Source: an uncultured Bacillota bacterium (GTDB lineage: Bacteria; Bacillota; DTU025; MWDF01). Taken from it: 64,000 bases of DNA. Made by a program: the position numbers and the translations under genes. Within the stretch, counting starts at the first letter, position 1. The number at the start of each line of letters is the position of its first letter. The notes under the pieces were generated by a model that ran no database searches, was not told the origin of the DNA, and saw only the letters and a list, made by a program, of their open reading frames with translations. Below are positions 32,529-42,725 of this stretch, in pieces. The stretch covers positions 87,550-151,549 of the forward strand of contig CAWGMK010000004.1 of NCBI GenBank assembly GCA_963823655.1. Direction: 5' to 3'.

Positions 32529-33359
32529 CTAAAGTATTGCTAATGCCCTACCAGGTCCGCCAGTTCCACCTTCAACCTTTATTGGAAGGAATATATAGAA
32601 GGCCCCTCTTGGTGGCAGTTTACCCAGGTTGCATAGCTTTTCAGTACATACCAGCCCTCTGCTAAGGCCCGCCCAGTGCGGCGAGTTATCATCTTAAATC
32701 ATTCCAAGACTAGGCGTGTCTACGCCTATATGCTTAACTCCCCGATCCATAATGTACGTAATCGTCTCTGCCGAAGGCGCAGGGAAACCTTGCGTTCTTT
32801 CTCTTTTCTTCAATGGAGTCCAGAACCTGCAGTCCCAATCTAGTTTGTAACCTTCAGGATATTTTCTAAAGTGTAAATCTGTCCATCCTGTATATAGAAG
32901 GACTACTTCACCTTCCATAATCTTTCCATGCTTCTTTTCCCATTCAATGATCTTTGTTACGCCTATCACTGGACTAACGCCAGGTTCTTCAGTGCCAACT
33001 AATTCTGTACAATCAATTACTACTGCTGGTCCCATGGTCTGTACAAGGGGTATCTTTTCAAGTGTGAACTCCGACATATCACTGGCATGAGGTAAGCCAG
33101 TACTTACTGGCGGAATAACATGTGCGGGCGCATCACAATGGGTCCCTGTGTGTTCCTCCAGAGTAAGCACGAAATCGGTATATGGAGCTCTTGACATGAA
33201 CCCTTTACCAGGTTCAAACCAATTCATCCTTGATTTTAAAAAAGGCTGGCCGCCTGGACACCAAGCTGGTGTGTCCTCAGAGATTAGTACAGACAAATCA
33301 ATAACCTTGAAGTCTTCGCTCAGAAACATTTTCGATATTTCTTTTCCATAATTAGCCAT
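32529..33359 (-). CDS. Cyclase family protein copy B, with in-frame TAA at 32694-32696
   Basis: Near-identical protein to copy A at an 871-bp offset, same internal stop; terminal TAG at 32529-32531. Confidence 0.88.
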
Positions 33360-33379
33360 CTTTATGTCCTCCAATTCAT

Positions 33380-33412
33380 CTAGCTCGGTGAGCCTAACGG
33401 CCAACCGAGCTA
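33380..33412. other. Intercistronic hairpin after the solute-binding protein gene
   Basis: TAGCTCGGT...ACCGAGCTA. Confidence 0.55.
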
Positions 33413-33432
33413 AATTCTGGTCAGAACACTAC

Positions 33433-34368
33433 CTATTGAATAGATTTGAGGTATGCTGCAGCATTTTCAGCCGTAATATTCTGTACCCATGTCGCTATAG
33501 TATTAGGTACCCTCATTCCGCTTGCAGCTTCAAAGGCAACCTGTGCTGCATATCTAGCCATCATAGATGGATCCTGTGCAACAGACACTTTAATTGGAGT
33601 TTTTCCTTGAATCATAAGCTGAGCAACTTCCGCCATCCCATCGATTGAACCAACAATTATATTGCCTAGCTTCCCTCTAGCAATTATCGCATCCGCAGCT
33701 CCAAGGGCATTGCCATCACTAAAACAAAGCACTCCCTTCACATTAGGGAATCTAGTAATAATATCCTCCATAAGAGTCATGTTAATAGCTCTATCTGAGG
33801 AACCCCATTTCTCTGCAACAATTTTAATATTTGGATATGCCGCCAAGCCATCAACAAAGCCCTGATACCTATGCCTAGCGACTAAGGTTGCCGGCGGACC
33901 ATTCAGGATTGCTACTTCGCCTTTTCCGCCTAATGCTTCAGCGATGTATTTCGCAGACATTCTACCAGCGAGTGCGTTATCGGTCCCTACATAGCATGCA
34001 AATTTGGCGTTGGGTGATATTGCTCTATCAATTGTGACAACAGTAATCCCTTTCTCTACCGCCTTATTCACAATAGGAACGATTGCTTCAGCATCAACCG
34101 CATTGAGAATTATTGCATTAACCTTTTTCGCTATTAAGTCTTCCATTTGGGAGATTTGTTTTGCGATATTGTGAGCCGCTTCCACAGATGTAGTGTCAGC
34201 ACCAAGCTTTGTAGCAGTATCATTTATTGTCTTAAGTAATGCCTGCCAAAACTCAGATTCAAGAGTAGCAAACGAAACACCAATCAAAACCTTTGGAGCT
34301 CCTATGGTCGCACTAAAAGAAAATGCAACAATTAGGCATACTAAGATCCCAACAATAATACGTTTCAT
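33433..34368 (-). CDS. Sugar ABC transporter substrate-binding protein (RbsB-like)
   Basis: Signal peptide, KQISQMEDLI, VVTIDR, VGTDN..AG, R..GF, GSIDG. Confidence 0.92.
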   Translation of the reverse strand: MKRIIVGILVCLIVAFSFSATIGAPKVLIGVSFATLESEFWQALLKTINDTATKLGADTTSVEAAHNIAKQISQMEDLIAKKVNAIILNAVDAEAIVPIVNKAVEKGITVVTIDRAISPNAKFACYVGTDNALAGRMSAKYIAEALGGKGEVAILNGPPATLVARHRYQGFVDGLAAYPNIKIVAEKWGSSDRAINMTLMEDIITRFPNVKGVLCFSDGNALGAADAIIARGKLGNIIVGSIDGMAEVAQLMIQGKTPIKVSVAQDPSMMARYAAQVAFEAASGMRVPNTIATWVQNITAENAAAYLKSIQ

Positions 34369-34674
34369 GATCTTACCTCCTATAATGATGTTTCAACGAC
34401 TCGAATGCTGCGAAAACAAGGCAGATGATAGCCTCCCTATTCCCCTCCTTTCTTTTCAAATAGCCCCTGGCCTCACTCAATTCAATAAATCTCTCCGGTA
34501 CATTGATATACGTCTATTGATTGAAAAGTTTCCCTTTTAATACCATAATTCCTTTGTAAATAACCACATATTCGGGATGCTCGTTTTGTAATAATATACA
34601 GCGCCCGTGCTTAAGAGATGACATGTTTTAGTGCTGTTTTCGGAAACTTTGATGGACCTAAATCTCGGGGTAGT

Positions 34675-36612
34675 TCACTGCTTAATCCTTCTTTGAACTA
34701 GAAGTACCACAATTCCTAAAACAAGCCCAATAATATCGGTAATGAAGTTAGGATCAATAAGCAGTAGTGCACTTACTACAAGGAGCACTCTGGAGAACAT
34801 CGCAAGCTTATTAAACGCGAAACCCGAAAACGCTGATGCCATCAGCCATAAACCCAAGCTAGCGGTTAGTATATTAACACCAAGCCCGGCCCACCAAGTA
34901 AACGAGGCCGTCATTCCTATCAGGATTAATTTTGGCGCATAAATGAACATATATGGCACAAGAAAGCCTGCGATCGCTATCCTTGTCGCCTTCATACCTG
35001 TCTCAAATGCATTGGATTTTGCAAGACCTGAAGCCGCATAAGCGGCTAATGCCACAGGTGGCGTAATATCAGCGATAACTCCGAAGTAGAAAACGAAGAG
35101 ATGTGCTCCAAGAAGAGGCACACCCATTCGAGTAAGTGCGGGCGCCGCTATCGTCACAAGTACCACATATGTTGCAGTAGTAGGCAGCCCCATACCCAAT
35201 ATTAGGGAGGCCACCATTGTTAACATCAGAGCTATGAGAAGATTTCCCCCTGAGATGATTTCGATGTACCCTGCCATCTTAAGGCCGATACCGGAGACAG
35301 ATATCGCCCCGCCGATAATTCCAGCAGCCGCACATGCTACAGCAACTGAGACAATACTTTTACTGCCGGATTTCAACGCGTCAAAGACATCCTTCAGCTT
35401 AAGCCTAGATGCTCTCCTTAGAAGTCCAACAATAACGGCAGCGACTATTCCCAAGAACCCGGCTCGCATTGGCGTGTTTCCTATGGCGAGAGAATAGATG
35501 ACTGCTACCACTGGAAGCATTAAAAGCCCTTCATATCTGAGAAGTCTATATAAGCTGGGTACTTCTTCCTTGCTAAGGCCTTTTAAATTGTTCTTCTTGG
35601 CCTCCTGATGCACTGCAAAGAATACGCCAATGTAATAAAGTAGGGCCGGTATGGCCGCTGCAAGCGCTATCCGTCCATACTTTATCCCTGTATACTCAAC
35701 CATTATAAAGGCAGCAGCTCCCATAACAGGAGGCATCAGCTGGCCTCCTGTGGAAGCGGCAGCCTCGACCGCCCCTGCAAAAGCCCTCTTATACCCGTTC
35801 TTTATCATTAGAGGTATTGTGAATATCCCTGTAGTAACGACATTGGCTACGCTGCTCCCGGAAATAATCCCTAGCAAAGCGCTCGACAATACCGCTGTCT
35901 TTGCAGGTCCTCCAACCGATCTGCCTACTAGAGAAAGGGCGAACTCGATGAAGAATTTCCCAACTCCAGTAACCTCAAGAAATGAGCCAAGTAGGATGAA
36001 TATTGCAATGAACGTTGATGAGGCCCCTATGGGTATTCCGAATACTCCCTCAGTGCCCATGAACATGTGATCCAATAGTCTCTTAATATTTACTCCTCTA
36101 TGGGCCAGTATACCTGGCATTTGCCTACCAAAAAGCGCATACAGAATGAAAACCACTGCGATGATTACCATTGGTAAACCGATGGCCCGCCTAGTGAGCT
36201 CCAATACAAGAACCAGGTAAATAGCACCAATAATAAGGTCCAGCTGCAATGGCATACCAGAGCGTGAGATAAATGCTCTGTAGTCATTAAGTACATATGC
36301 AAGACATGCGATTGCGGCTAGCCCCAACAATATATCATAGAAGGGGACCTTGCCCTCTTTAAATTTCCTGTTAATTGGGAAAAGCATATAGCCTATTAGC
36401 ATAGCTACGCTCAGATGAACTATCCTTTGTTGATGAGCTAAAAGTACTCCGAAAGCAGCTGTGTAAAGATGAAAAAGCGAGTAACCTATAGCAATGACCG
36501 CCAATGCTGCTTTAACATAACCCTGCGGTTCCCTAGTACTCGAAAGATTATCAAGTGGAACCTCAAGTGCAGAAGGTATTTCTATCAGCTGTTCCTTCCT
36601 GTCCGAATCCAT
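34675..36612 (-). CDS. TAXI-TRAP fused permease (DctQM)
   Basis: GVFGIP, GGPAK, SGSSVANV, EAAASTGGQLMPPVMG, GMGLPT, ITPPVALAA. Confidence 0.93.
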   Translation of the reverse strand: MDSDRKEQLIEIPSALEVPLDNLSSTREPQGYVKAALAVIAIGYSLFHLYTAAFGVLLAHQQRIVHLSVAMLIGYMLFPINRKFKEGKVPFYDILLGLAAIACLAYVLNDYRAFISRSGMPLQLDLIIGAIYLVLVLELTRRAIGLPMVIIAVVFILYALFGRQMPGILAHRGVNIKRLLDHMFMGTEGVFGIPIGASSTFIAIFILLGSFLEVTGVGKFFIEFALSLVGRSVGGPAKTAVLSSALLGIISGSSVANVVTTGIFTIPLMIKNGYKRAFAGAVEAAASTGGQLMPPVMGAAAFIMVEYTGIKYGRIALAAAIPALLYYIGVFFAVHQEAKKNNLKGLSKEEVPSLYRLLRYEGLLMLPVVAVIYSLAIGNTPMRAGFLGIVAAVIVGLLRRASRLKLKDVFDALKSGSKSIVSVAVACAAAGIIGGAISVSGIGLKMAGYIEIISGGNLLIALMLTMVASLILGMGLPTTATYVVLVTIAAPALTRMGVPLLGAHLFVFYFGVIADITPPVALAAYAASGLAKSNAFETGMKATRIAIAGFLVPYMFIYAPKLILIGMTASFTWWAGLGVNILTASLGLWLMASAFSGFAFNKLAMFSRVLLVVSALLLIDPNFITDIIGLVLGIVVLLVQRRIKQ

Positions 36613-36634
36613 TGCTATTAGCCTCCTACTTAAA

Positions 36635-36666
36635 ATGGGATGGAGGGCTACCCCCCTCCATCCCAT
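36635..36666. other. Intercistronic hairpin
   Basis: ATGGGATGGAGGG...CCCTCCATCCCAT. Confidence 0.65.
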
Positions 36667-36676
36667 AGGTGTATCT

Positions 36677-37633
36677 CTACTTCAGAACTCCCTGCTCTCT
36701 ATAGAATTTCTCGGCGCCTGGGTGTAAGGGTACCGTAATGCCCTCTAGCGCGTTGTTAATGTTCAGCGTAGCTCCCATCGCGTGGGAAGCCTTTATGCGA
36801 TCTAGGTTCTCAAAAAGCATCTTAGTCATCAGATACACATCTGCATCAGATACGGAACTGTCTACAAGTAGCAACATCTTCACCGATACTGACCTAACGT
36901 CCTGCGTCATTCCCTTGTAAGTGGTCTTGGGTATCAGAGTCTCTACGTAGAACGGGTACTTGCTTATAATCTTGGCTATGGTTTCCTTGGAAAGGCCAAT
37001 CAGCTCAACAGGCTTGGTAACACTGATATCTACGACGGGTCCATACGGAAGACCGGTCTGATAGAATGCCGCATCAGCGTTGCCGTCTCTTAAATACTCA
37101 GCGGATTTATTGAAGCCCAATTCCAAGCTCTTGAAATCTGCGAAGGTAAGCCCTAATGCCTCAAGAACCCTGGTCGAGGCCAACTGGGTTCCACTCGCCG
37201 GAGGTCCTACTGCCACTTTCTTCCCTTTTAGATCCTCAACGGTCTTGTAGGGGGATCCCGCCTTGACGACAACATGGAAACTCTCCGGATAAAGTGCTGC
37301 TATTGCCCTCACATGTTTCACAGGAGTGTCCTTGAACGTCTCGATTCCTTGGTATGCGAACAAAGCTACATCGTTTCCGACCATAGCAAACTCAGCTTCC
37401 TTGTTTGCCAAAACGCGCATTGTGTACACGGAGCCGCCTCCGACCTGGTTTGTCAGGTTAATGTCCTTCTGCTTGCTGTTTAGGACGTCCGCCCAGGCAC
37501 CCGATATCGCGTACATCGGGCCGCCTACGGGGCCTGTCGTTACGGCGTACATCTTCGCCCCAAGGGCGATGCCGTTCATGAGTAAAAGAACTGCCAATAG
37601 TGCTGCTGACATGAACAACCGGTACTTCTTCAT
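36677..37633 (-). CDS. TAXI-family TRAP solute receptor
   Basis: TGPVGG.MY, GGS, LYPE, DLKGKKVAVGPPASGT, PLHPGA.KFY.E. Confidence 0.92.
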   Translation of the reverse strand: MKKYRLFMSAALLAVLLLMNGIALGAKMYAVTTGPVGGPMYAISGAWADVLNSKQKDINLTNQVGGGSVYTMRVLANKEAEFAMVGNDVALFAYQGIETFKDTPVKHVRAIAALYPESFHVVVKAGSPYKTVEDLKGKKVAVGPPASGTQLASTRVLEALGLTFADFKSLELGFNKSAEYLRDGNADAAFYQTGLPYGPVVDISVTKPVELIGLSKETIAKIISKYPFYVETLIPKTTYKGMTQDVRSVSVKMLLLVDSSVSDADVYLMTKMLFENLDRIKASHAMGATLNINNALEGITVPLHPGAEKFYREQGVLK

Positions 37634-37662
37634 TCGAGATCCTCCTTTACTTATTTGGATTC

Positions 37663-38909
37663 TTACATCTTTCTTGACGTTTCCAGTATGCTATCGAAGT
37701 TGCAGTTTACAGTCTCGAAATCGTCGTAAACCATCGTGAGTATCTGGTCAAAGTCCTTGAAGCCTGAGCCTGTAACAACGCAGACAACCTTCTCGTCTCG
37801 ACCGATTCTTCCCATGTCTACAAGATTTTTTAGCGTAGCCAATGATGAGGCAGCACTCGGTTCTACGAATATTCCCTCTTCACCAAGCCACTTTGTAGCT
37901 TGGATCATCTGCTCATCTGTGGCCGATCCTGCACAACCACCTGACTCATATACCGTCTCAAGTGTCCAGTCCCCGAGTAGCCCTGGACTCGCTACTGCAA
38001 TTGCACTGGCTATCGTGTTGCCCTTGGTAATGCCCGCGGCCTTCTTGTCGCCCCTTTCGAATGCTTCCGTAATTGGCGCGCAGTTCGCGCTCTGGGCAGC
38101 GGTCATCTTAGGCAGACTGTCAAGCAAGCCCAGCCCCATAAGCTCATTGAAAGCCTTCCAAGTCTTAACTACTGACATACCACCTGCCGCCGGTTGGACG
38201 ACCCTGTCGGGGGCTTTCCATGAGAAAGCCTCTGCTATCTCATATGCGTAGCTCTTCTTGCCTTCATAGCGGAATGGATTGTCCGTACCGCAGTCATACC
38301 ACTTCACTTCTCCGCTGTGAATTAATTGTCTGTATACGGCATTTATCTCGGAATAATGCCCCCTTACCTTGATAACCTTTGCACCGAAGAATGCTGCTTG
38401 GGCAAGCTTAGGTTTTGGCGTCTGCTCTGGGCAGAACACGACGCTTTTTAGTCCAGCCCTGGCTGCGTATCCCGCCACGGATGATGCTCATTTCCCGTGG
38501 AATCGCAGCTTAGGACCTCATATCCGAACTCAACTGCCTTCGTTGCAGACACAGCAATAGACCTGTCTTTAAGCGATCCGGTAGGAGAACTTATCGAGTC
38601 GGCCAGTATGTGCAGCTCCTTGACTCCTACTATCACTGCCAACCTGGGGCAATTTAATAGCGGGCTATACCCCTCCCCAAGAGTTACTATCTTGTCGAAA
38701 TCCGCCACTGGCATCAGTTCCTTCCAGCGCCAGATGTCCGCGGGGCGTAGGCGAAGCTCCGTAATGTTAGTGTCCTTGCGAAACGCTTCATAGTCATACT
38801 GGGCGTTCAACAGTCCATTGCACGACTCACACAAAAGCCAAGGCTTATCTGGGGAATAGGTCTTCCCACAGGTATGGCACTTGAACCCTAAGAAATATGG
38901 ATTTCTCAT
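37663..38909 (-). CDS. Threonine synthase-like PLP enzyme, frameshift near 38490
   Basis: N-terminal CxxC..CxxC, TLGEG.SPL, PTGSLKDR (PLP Lys), STGN, EGKK, EPSAA, TGSGFKD. Confidence 0.88.
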
Positions 38910-39870
38910 TCGCAGATCCTCCCTTTAAACACCTCTGGATTAACTGGTTTTTCAGGTGTTACGCCATTTAGAATGCCAAGCGCTATGTTGACCGCACCTA
39001 CGGAAAGTCTCTCAACGCTATCCTCAGTTACGCCGGCCACATGTGGAGTCAGTATTACATTATCGAACCCAATAAGCGGGCTATCAGAGGGGAGGGGTTC
39101 CTCACTGAACACATCAAGTGCTGCTCCAGAGATAATTCCACTGGTCAGGGCCTTAATGAGGGCGTCTTCATTAACAACCTCTCCTCTTGATGTATTAATC
39201 AGATATGCTCCTTTTTTCATAAGAGCTAGTTGGCTTTGCCCAACAATCCCCCTTGTTTCATCGTTGAGGGGGATATGCAGCGAGATGAAGTCTGCACGTT
39301 TAAAAACCAAGGCCATTTCATCTGCCTTCTCGACATAGTTTGGGACATCCCTTGTGAATGGGTCGAAGGCTAATATTTTCATGTCATATGCAAGCTGGCA
39401 TCTTTTAGCAACCTCTAGGCCGATCCTTCCTAATCCGATCAGTCCAAGTGTCCTTCCCGCTAGGTCCCTACCAATTATCTGCGCTCTCGCCTTGGGATAG
39501 CCTGCATCCCTTATCATGGTGTCGTATCTCAAAACCTGTTTCGCCAGCAAGCCAACAACTGTCACTATATGCTCAACGACTGATATAGTGTTGGCACCGG
39601 GTACTGCGTAAACTGGTATGGATAAAGCGGTAGCCGCCTTAACATCGATGTTGTCAACGCCTACACCGTGCCGAATTATTCCTCGGAGGTTCCTTCCCGC
39701 ATGAATTATGTCCGCGTCTATCCTCTTAAGGCGCGTTATTACCACCTCTGCGTCACATATTTGTTCGGCAGTTGGCCTTGAGCTGTCGCTTATGTGCACT
39801 TCGACACCATATTCTTCAAACAGTTTCATGCCACTCTGGTGGATTCTTCAGTCAGGAAAACCGAACCCAT
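38906..39870 (-). CDS. D-isomer-specific 2-hydroxyacid dehydrogenase
   Basis: RHGVGVDNID, GLGRIG, INTSRG, DVF..EP, TPHVAG; 5' frameshift. Confidence 0.9.
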
Positions 39871-39882
39871 CTTAGACCTCCG

Positions 39883-40344
39883 TCAGTCCTCAACTTCAGC
39901 TATCATCTCTAGTTCAACAGATACATTGAAGGGAAGCTCAGTCATGCCAACCGCAGACCTCGCTGGCTTGCCATTGTCGCCGAAGAGCTCACATAGCAGG
40001 TCTGAGGCCCCATTTATTATGGCAGGCAGCTCAAGATAACCCTTCTCGACATTTATGAAGCCGACTACTTTTACTATCCTCTTTACCTTGTCCAGATCAC
40101 CTACGACTGCTTTCAGGCAAGCAAGGCAATTCAAGCAGGAATCCCTTGCTGACAAGTAGGCATCTTCTGCGTTGATATCAAGGCCTACCCTTCCCACATA
40201 GCGCCTTACACCGTTTATTCGAGCCGTTTGACCTGAGGTGAATACTAGACTCCCAGTCTTTACCGCTGGCACATAGTTACCCGTTGGTTTCGGTGTGTTT
40301 GGCAGCTCCAAGCCCATTTCCTTAAGCTTTTCTTCTACTCTCAT
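39883..40344 (-). CDS. RidA/YjgF family protein
   Basis: NYVP, SGQ, NGASDL, ARSAVG..LP.N.SVE.E. Confidence 0.9.
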   Translation of the reverse strand: MRVEEKLKEMGLELPNTPKPTGNYVPAVKTGSLVFTSGQTARINGVRRYVGRVGLDINAEDAYLSARDSCLNCLACLKAVVGDLDKVKRIVKVVGFINVEKGYLELPAIINGASDLLCELFGDNGKPARSAVGMTELPFNVSVELEMIAEVED

Positions 40345-40356
40345 CTCTTCGCCCCC

Positions 40357-41466
40357 TTATATATTGACAGTCCATTTCTCCAGAAGTTCCGGGTCCGGAT
40401 CGGCTCCCAGCCCAGGAGCATCGGGTATTCTGACCATGCTTTTCCTAACCTCAATTGGTTTCTTTGGAAGCTGGGTTCGAAGAGGATTTATGCTTATGTC
40501 GTACTCCATGAGCCAGTAGTTGGATATTGCACCTAGAAGTTGTGACATAGCTGCAAGTCTTACAAAGTTCCCAAAGAAATGCGGAATGCATGGGATATCC
40601 CATGCGGATGCAACATCTGCTATTCGCTTGCATTCAGAAATGCCGCCAACCCTGATGTCAGGCTGGAATATACTTCCTGCTTTCATAACAGCAAGCTCCC
40701 TGGCATCGTACCTATTGAAGATCTGGTGTTCACCGAGTGCGATGGGAGTGTCTATCCTGGCTGCAAGTTCTGCCATCCCTAACACATCATGGCTAGGAAG
40801 TGGCTCTTCTATCCAGCTGAGGTTGAACTCTGCCAACCTCTTCGCCCTCATTGATGCTTCCCGCCTGCTCCAACCCGAATTAACGTCTGCCATCACGAGC
40901 ATGTCTTCACCTGCCGCTTCTCTTGCACGCTTCGTTATTTCCACATCCTGCGAAGTGTTAACACCTATTCTGATTTTCACGGCATTGAAACCCTGCTGCT
41001 TTACCCCGGCTATCGCATCGGCTATCCTATCAGGACCGGCATAAGACAGACTTGCATAAGCCCATACTTCATCCCTAGAGGCACCTAGGAGCTTGTATAT
41101 GGGCTGATTGAGGGCTTTGCCACGAATGTCCCATAAAGCCATATCGATTGCGCCAATGCAATATATTTCAAGGCTCCTGGTTCGTCCCATGGGCATTACG
41201 AACAACCCATACAGCCCGTCCCAGATTGCTTGAATGTATGATGGGTCCTTTCCTACCAATTGATCCCTGAACCTAGCGTTTATCATTTGTATGGCGGCTA
41301 CGTCGCCAGTGGGGAACGCATCAATTTCACCATACCCTGTAATGCCCTCATCAGTGCAAATTTCAACCAGGATCATGTTTCTGTAGGGTATCTCCATGTG
41401 GGCGAATTTTATATGCTGGCTTACCTCGCAGCGAACTAACCTTGCCTTAACGTCAGTAATCCTCAT
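40357..41466 (-). CDS. Enolase superfamily, mandelate racemase subgroup (probable acid-sugar dehydratase/isomerase)
   Basis: DMALWDIRGK..P.YKLLG, KIR, D-E-E metal ligands (DVN, EEP, GE), QPD, PH, PGLG. Confidence 0.9.
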   Translation of the reverse strand: MRITDVKARLVRCEVSQHIKFAHMEIPYRNMILVEICTDEGITGYGEIDAFPTGDVAAIQMINARFRDQLVGKDPSYIQAIWDGLYGLFVMPMGRTRSLEIYCIGAIDMALWDIRGKALNQPIYKLLGASRDEVWAYASLSYAGPDRIADAIAGVKQQGFNAVKIRIGVNTSQDVEITKRAREAAGEDMLVMADVNSGWSRREASMRAKRLAEFNLSWIEEPLPSHDVLGMAELAARIDTPIALGEHQIFNRYDARELAVMKAGSIFQPDIRVGGISECKRIADVASAWDIPCIPHFFGNFVRLAAMSQLLGAISNYWLMEYDISINPLRTQLPKKPIEVRKSMVRIPDAPGLGADPDPELLEKWTVNI

Positions 41467-41487
41467 AACCTAGCACCTCTGTAACAT

Positions 41488-42201
41488 CTATTTTCCGGCT
41501 TCTTTCGCCAGCTCCCTGAAGAATTTGTGTGTAACGTTAGAAACATGCTCTTCCATTAGCTTTCCCGCCGACTTCGAGTCGTGGTTTCTGATCGCTTCCA
41601 TAATTTTAGAGTGATACTGAAATGACTGCTCAGTAACACCCTGTATCTCAGTTAGCCTTATGAGCTGTGCCATGAGAACGTCTTGTACAGTCATGTATAG
41701 CCTCATCAGAGTCTGATTTTTTGAGCCTTCATAATCGCCACATGGAATTCCAGATCACAGTTACCGTATTCCCTTGGCTTTTCTTTGAGTGTGCCCATCC
41801 TGTCAAGGATCTTCTGAAGGCCGCTTATGTCATCAGCAGTGGCTCTCGCCGCTGCTAGTGTTACGGCTTTAACTTCAAGAGCCTGTCTGGCCTCGACGAG
41901 GTCTCCTAACGCAATATGGTCAAAGGTGAGGTAACTTGCAGCCCTGCTTATTAGTGACGAAGATGAGACATCGTTTAGATAGGTGCCATCCCCTTGTTTT
42001 ACAGTCAAAAGGCCCATACTCTCTAATTGCCTTATGGCTTCCCTGATGACGTTCCTACTTACTTGAAAAGTGGTAGCGAACTCCCTTTCTGTAGGGAGCC
42101 TTTGGCCTCTTTCGAATTCATTGTTTGATATTGCAGCGAGAATCCTCTTCTGCAACTGTGTCAGTAATCCTTACCTTCTTCACTGGTTCCAAGGTTCTCA
42201 C
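41488..42201 (-). CDS. GntR/FadR family regulator, frameshifted
   Basis: LPTERE..F.VSR..IREA..LE..GL; FCD domain DLEFH...H..I.EAI...M.EH. Confidence 0.88.
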
Positions 42202-42310
42202 CTCAAATTGGTAGGATGACTCTATCATACTATATTTTTTCAATAATGAAATGACTTCTCAGAGAAATCTTTAATCATAATATTCAGCTTCTCAAGGTAC
42301 TGATAACTGA

Positions 42311-42635
42311 TGACCTTTCCCCTGAGAATTGGTAATATCTTTGAAGTTAGTCAATAGTAGAATGATTTACAGAAAGGATGATAAGCAGATGAGGAAACAG
42401 AGGTATAGCGAAAAGCAGGCTGAATTAGGGGTCACGGTTGAGGATGTATGCCGCAAGATCGGGGAAAGCGAGCAGACCTTCTATCGATGGAAGCCGAAGT
42501 TCGGAGGCATGCTTCCAAGCGACATGCGCTGCTTAAGGCAGTTGGAAGAGGAACGTACGAAGCTTAAGTAGCTGGTTGCGGACCTTAGTCTTAATTAGGT
42601 CATGCTGCAGGAAAGTGCTATCAAAAAAGTTCTGA
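42311..42635 (+). mobile_element. IS3-family remnant (left end, degenerate orfA, orfB missing)
   Basis: TG-starting end TGACCTTTCCCCTGAGAATTGG; orfA DVCRKIG.SEQTFYRWK.KFGG...LRQLEEE..KLK*LVADLSL; A6G slippery site at 42623-42629. Confidence 0.8.
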
Positions 42636-42655
42636 ATGTTAACGCCGGAATAATT

Positions 42656-42698
42656 TAGCCCCGGGAAACCACACTCATAGTGGGTATCCCGGGGCTAA
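42656..42698. terminator. Terminator hairpin downstream of the aldolase gene
   Basis: TTAGCCCCGGGA..CCAC / GTGG..TCCCGGGGCTAA. Confidence 0.7.
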
Positions 42699-42725
42699 TA
42701 ACTCACTAACAGATTATCTGGACTG

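Noticed and set aside
31658-33359. Genome-wide reassignment of TAA
   Set aside because: TAA ends many genes normally in the same segment, including cyclase copy A itself.
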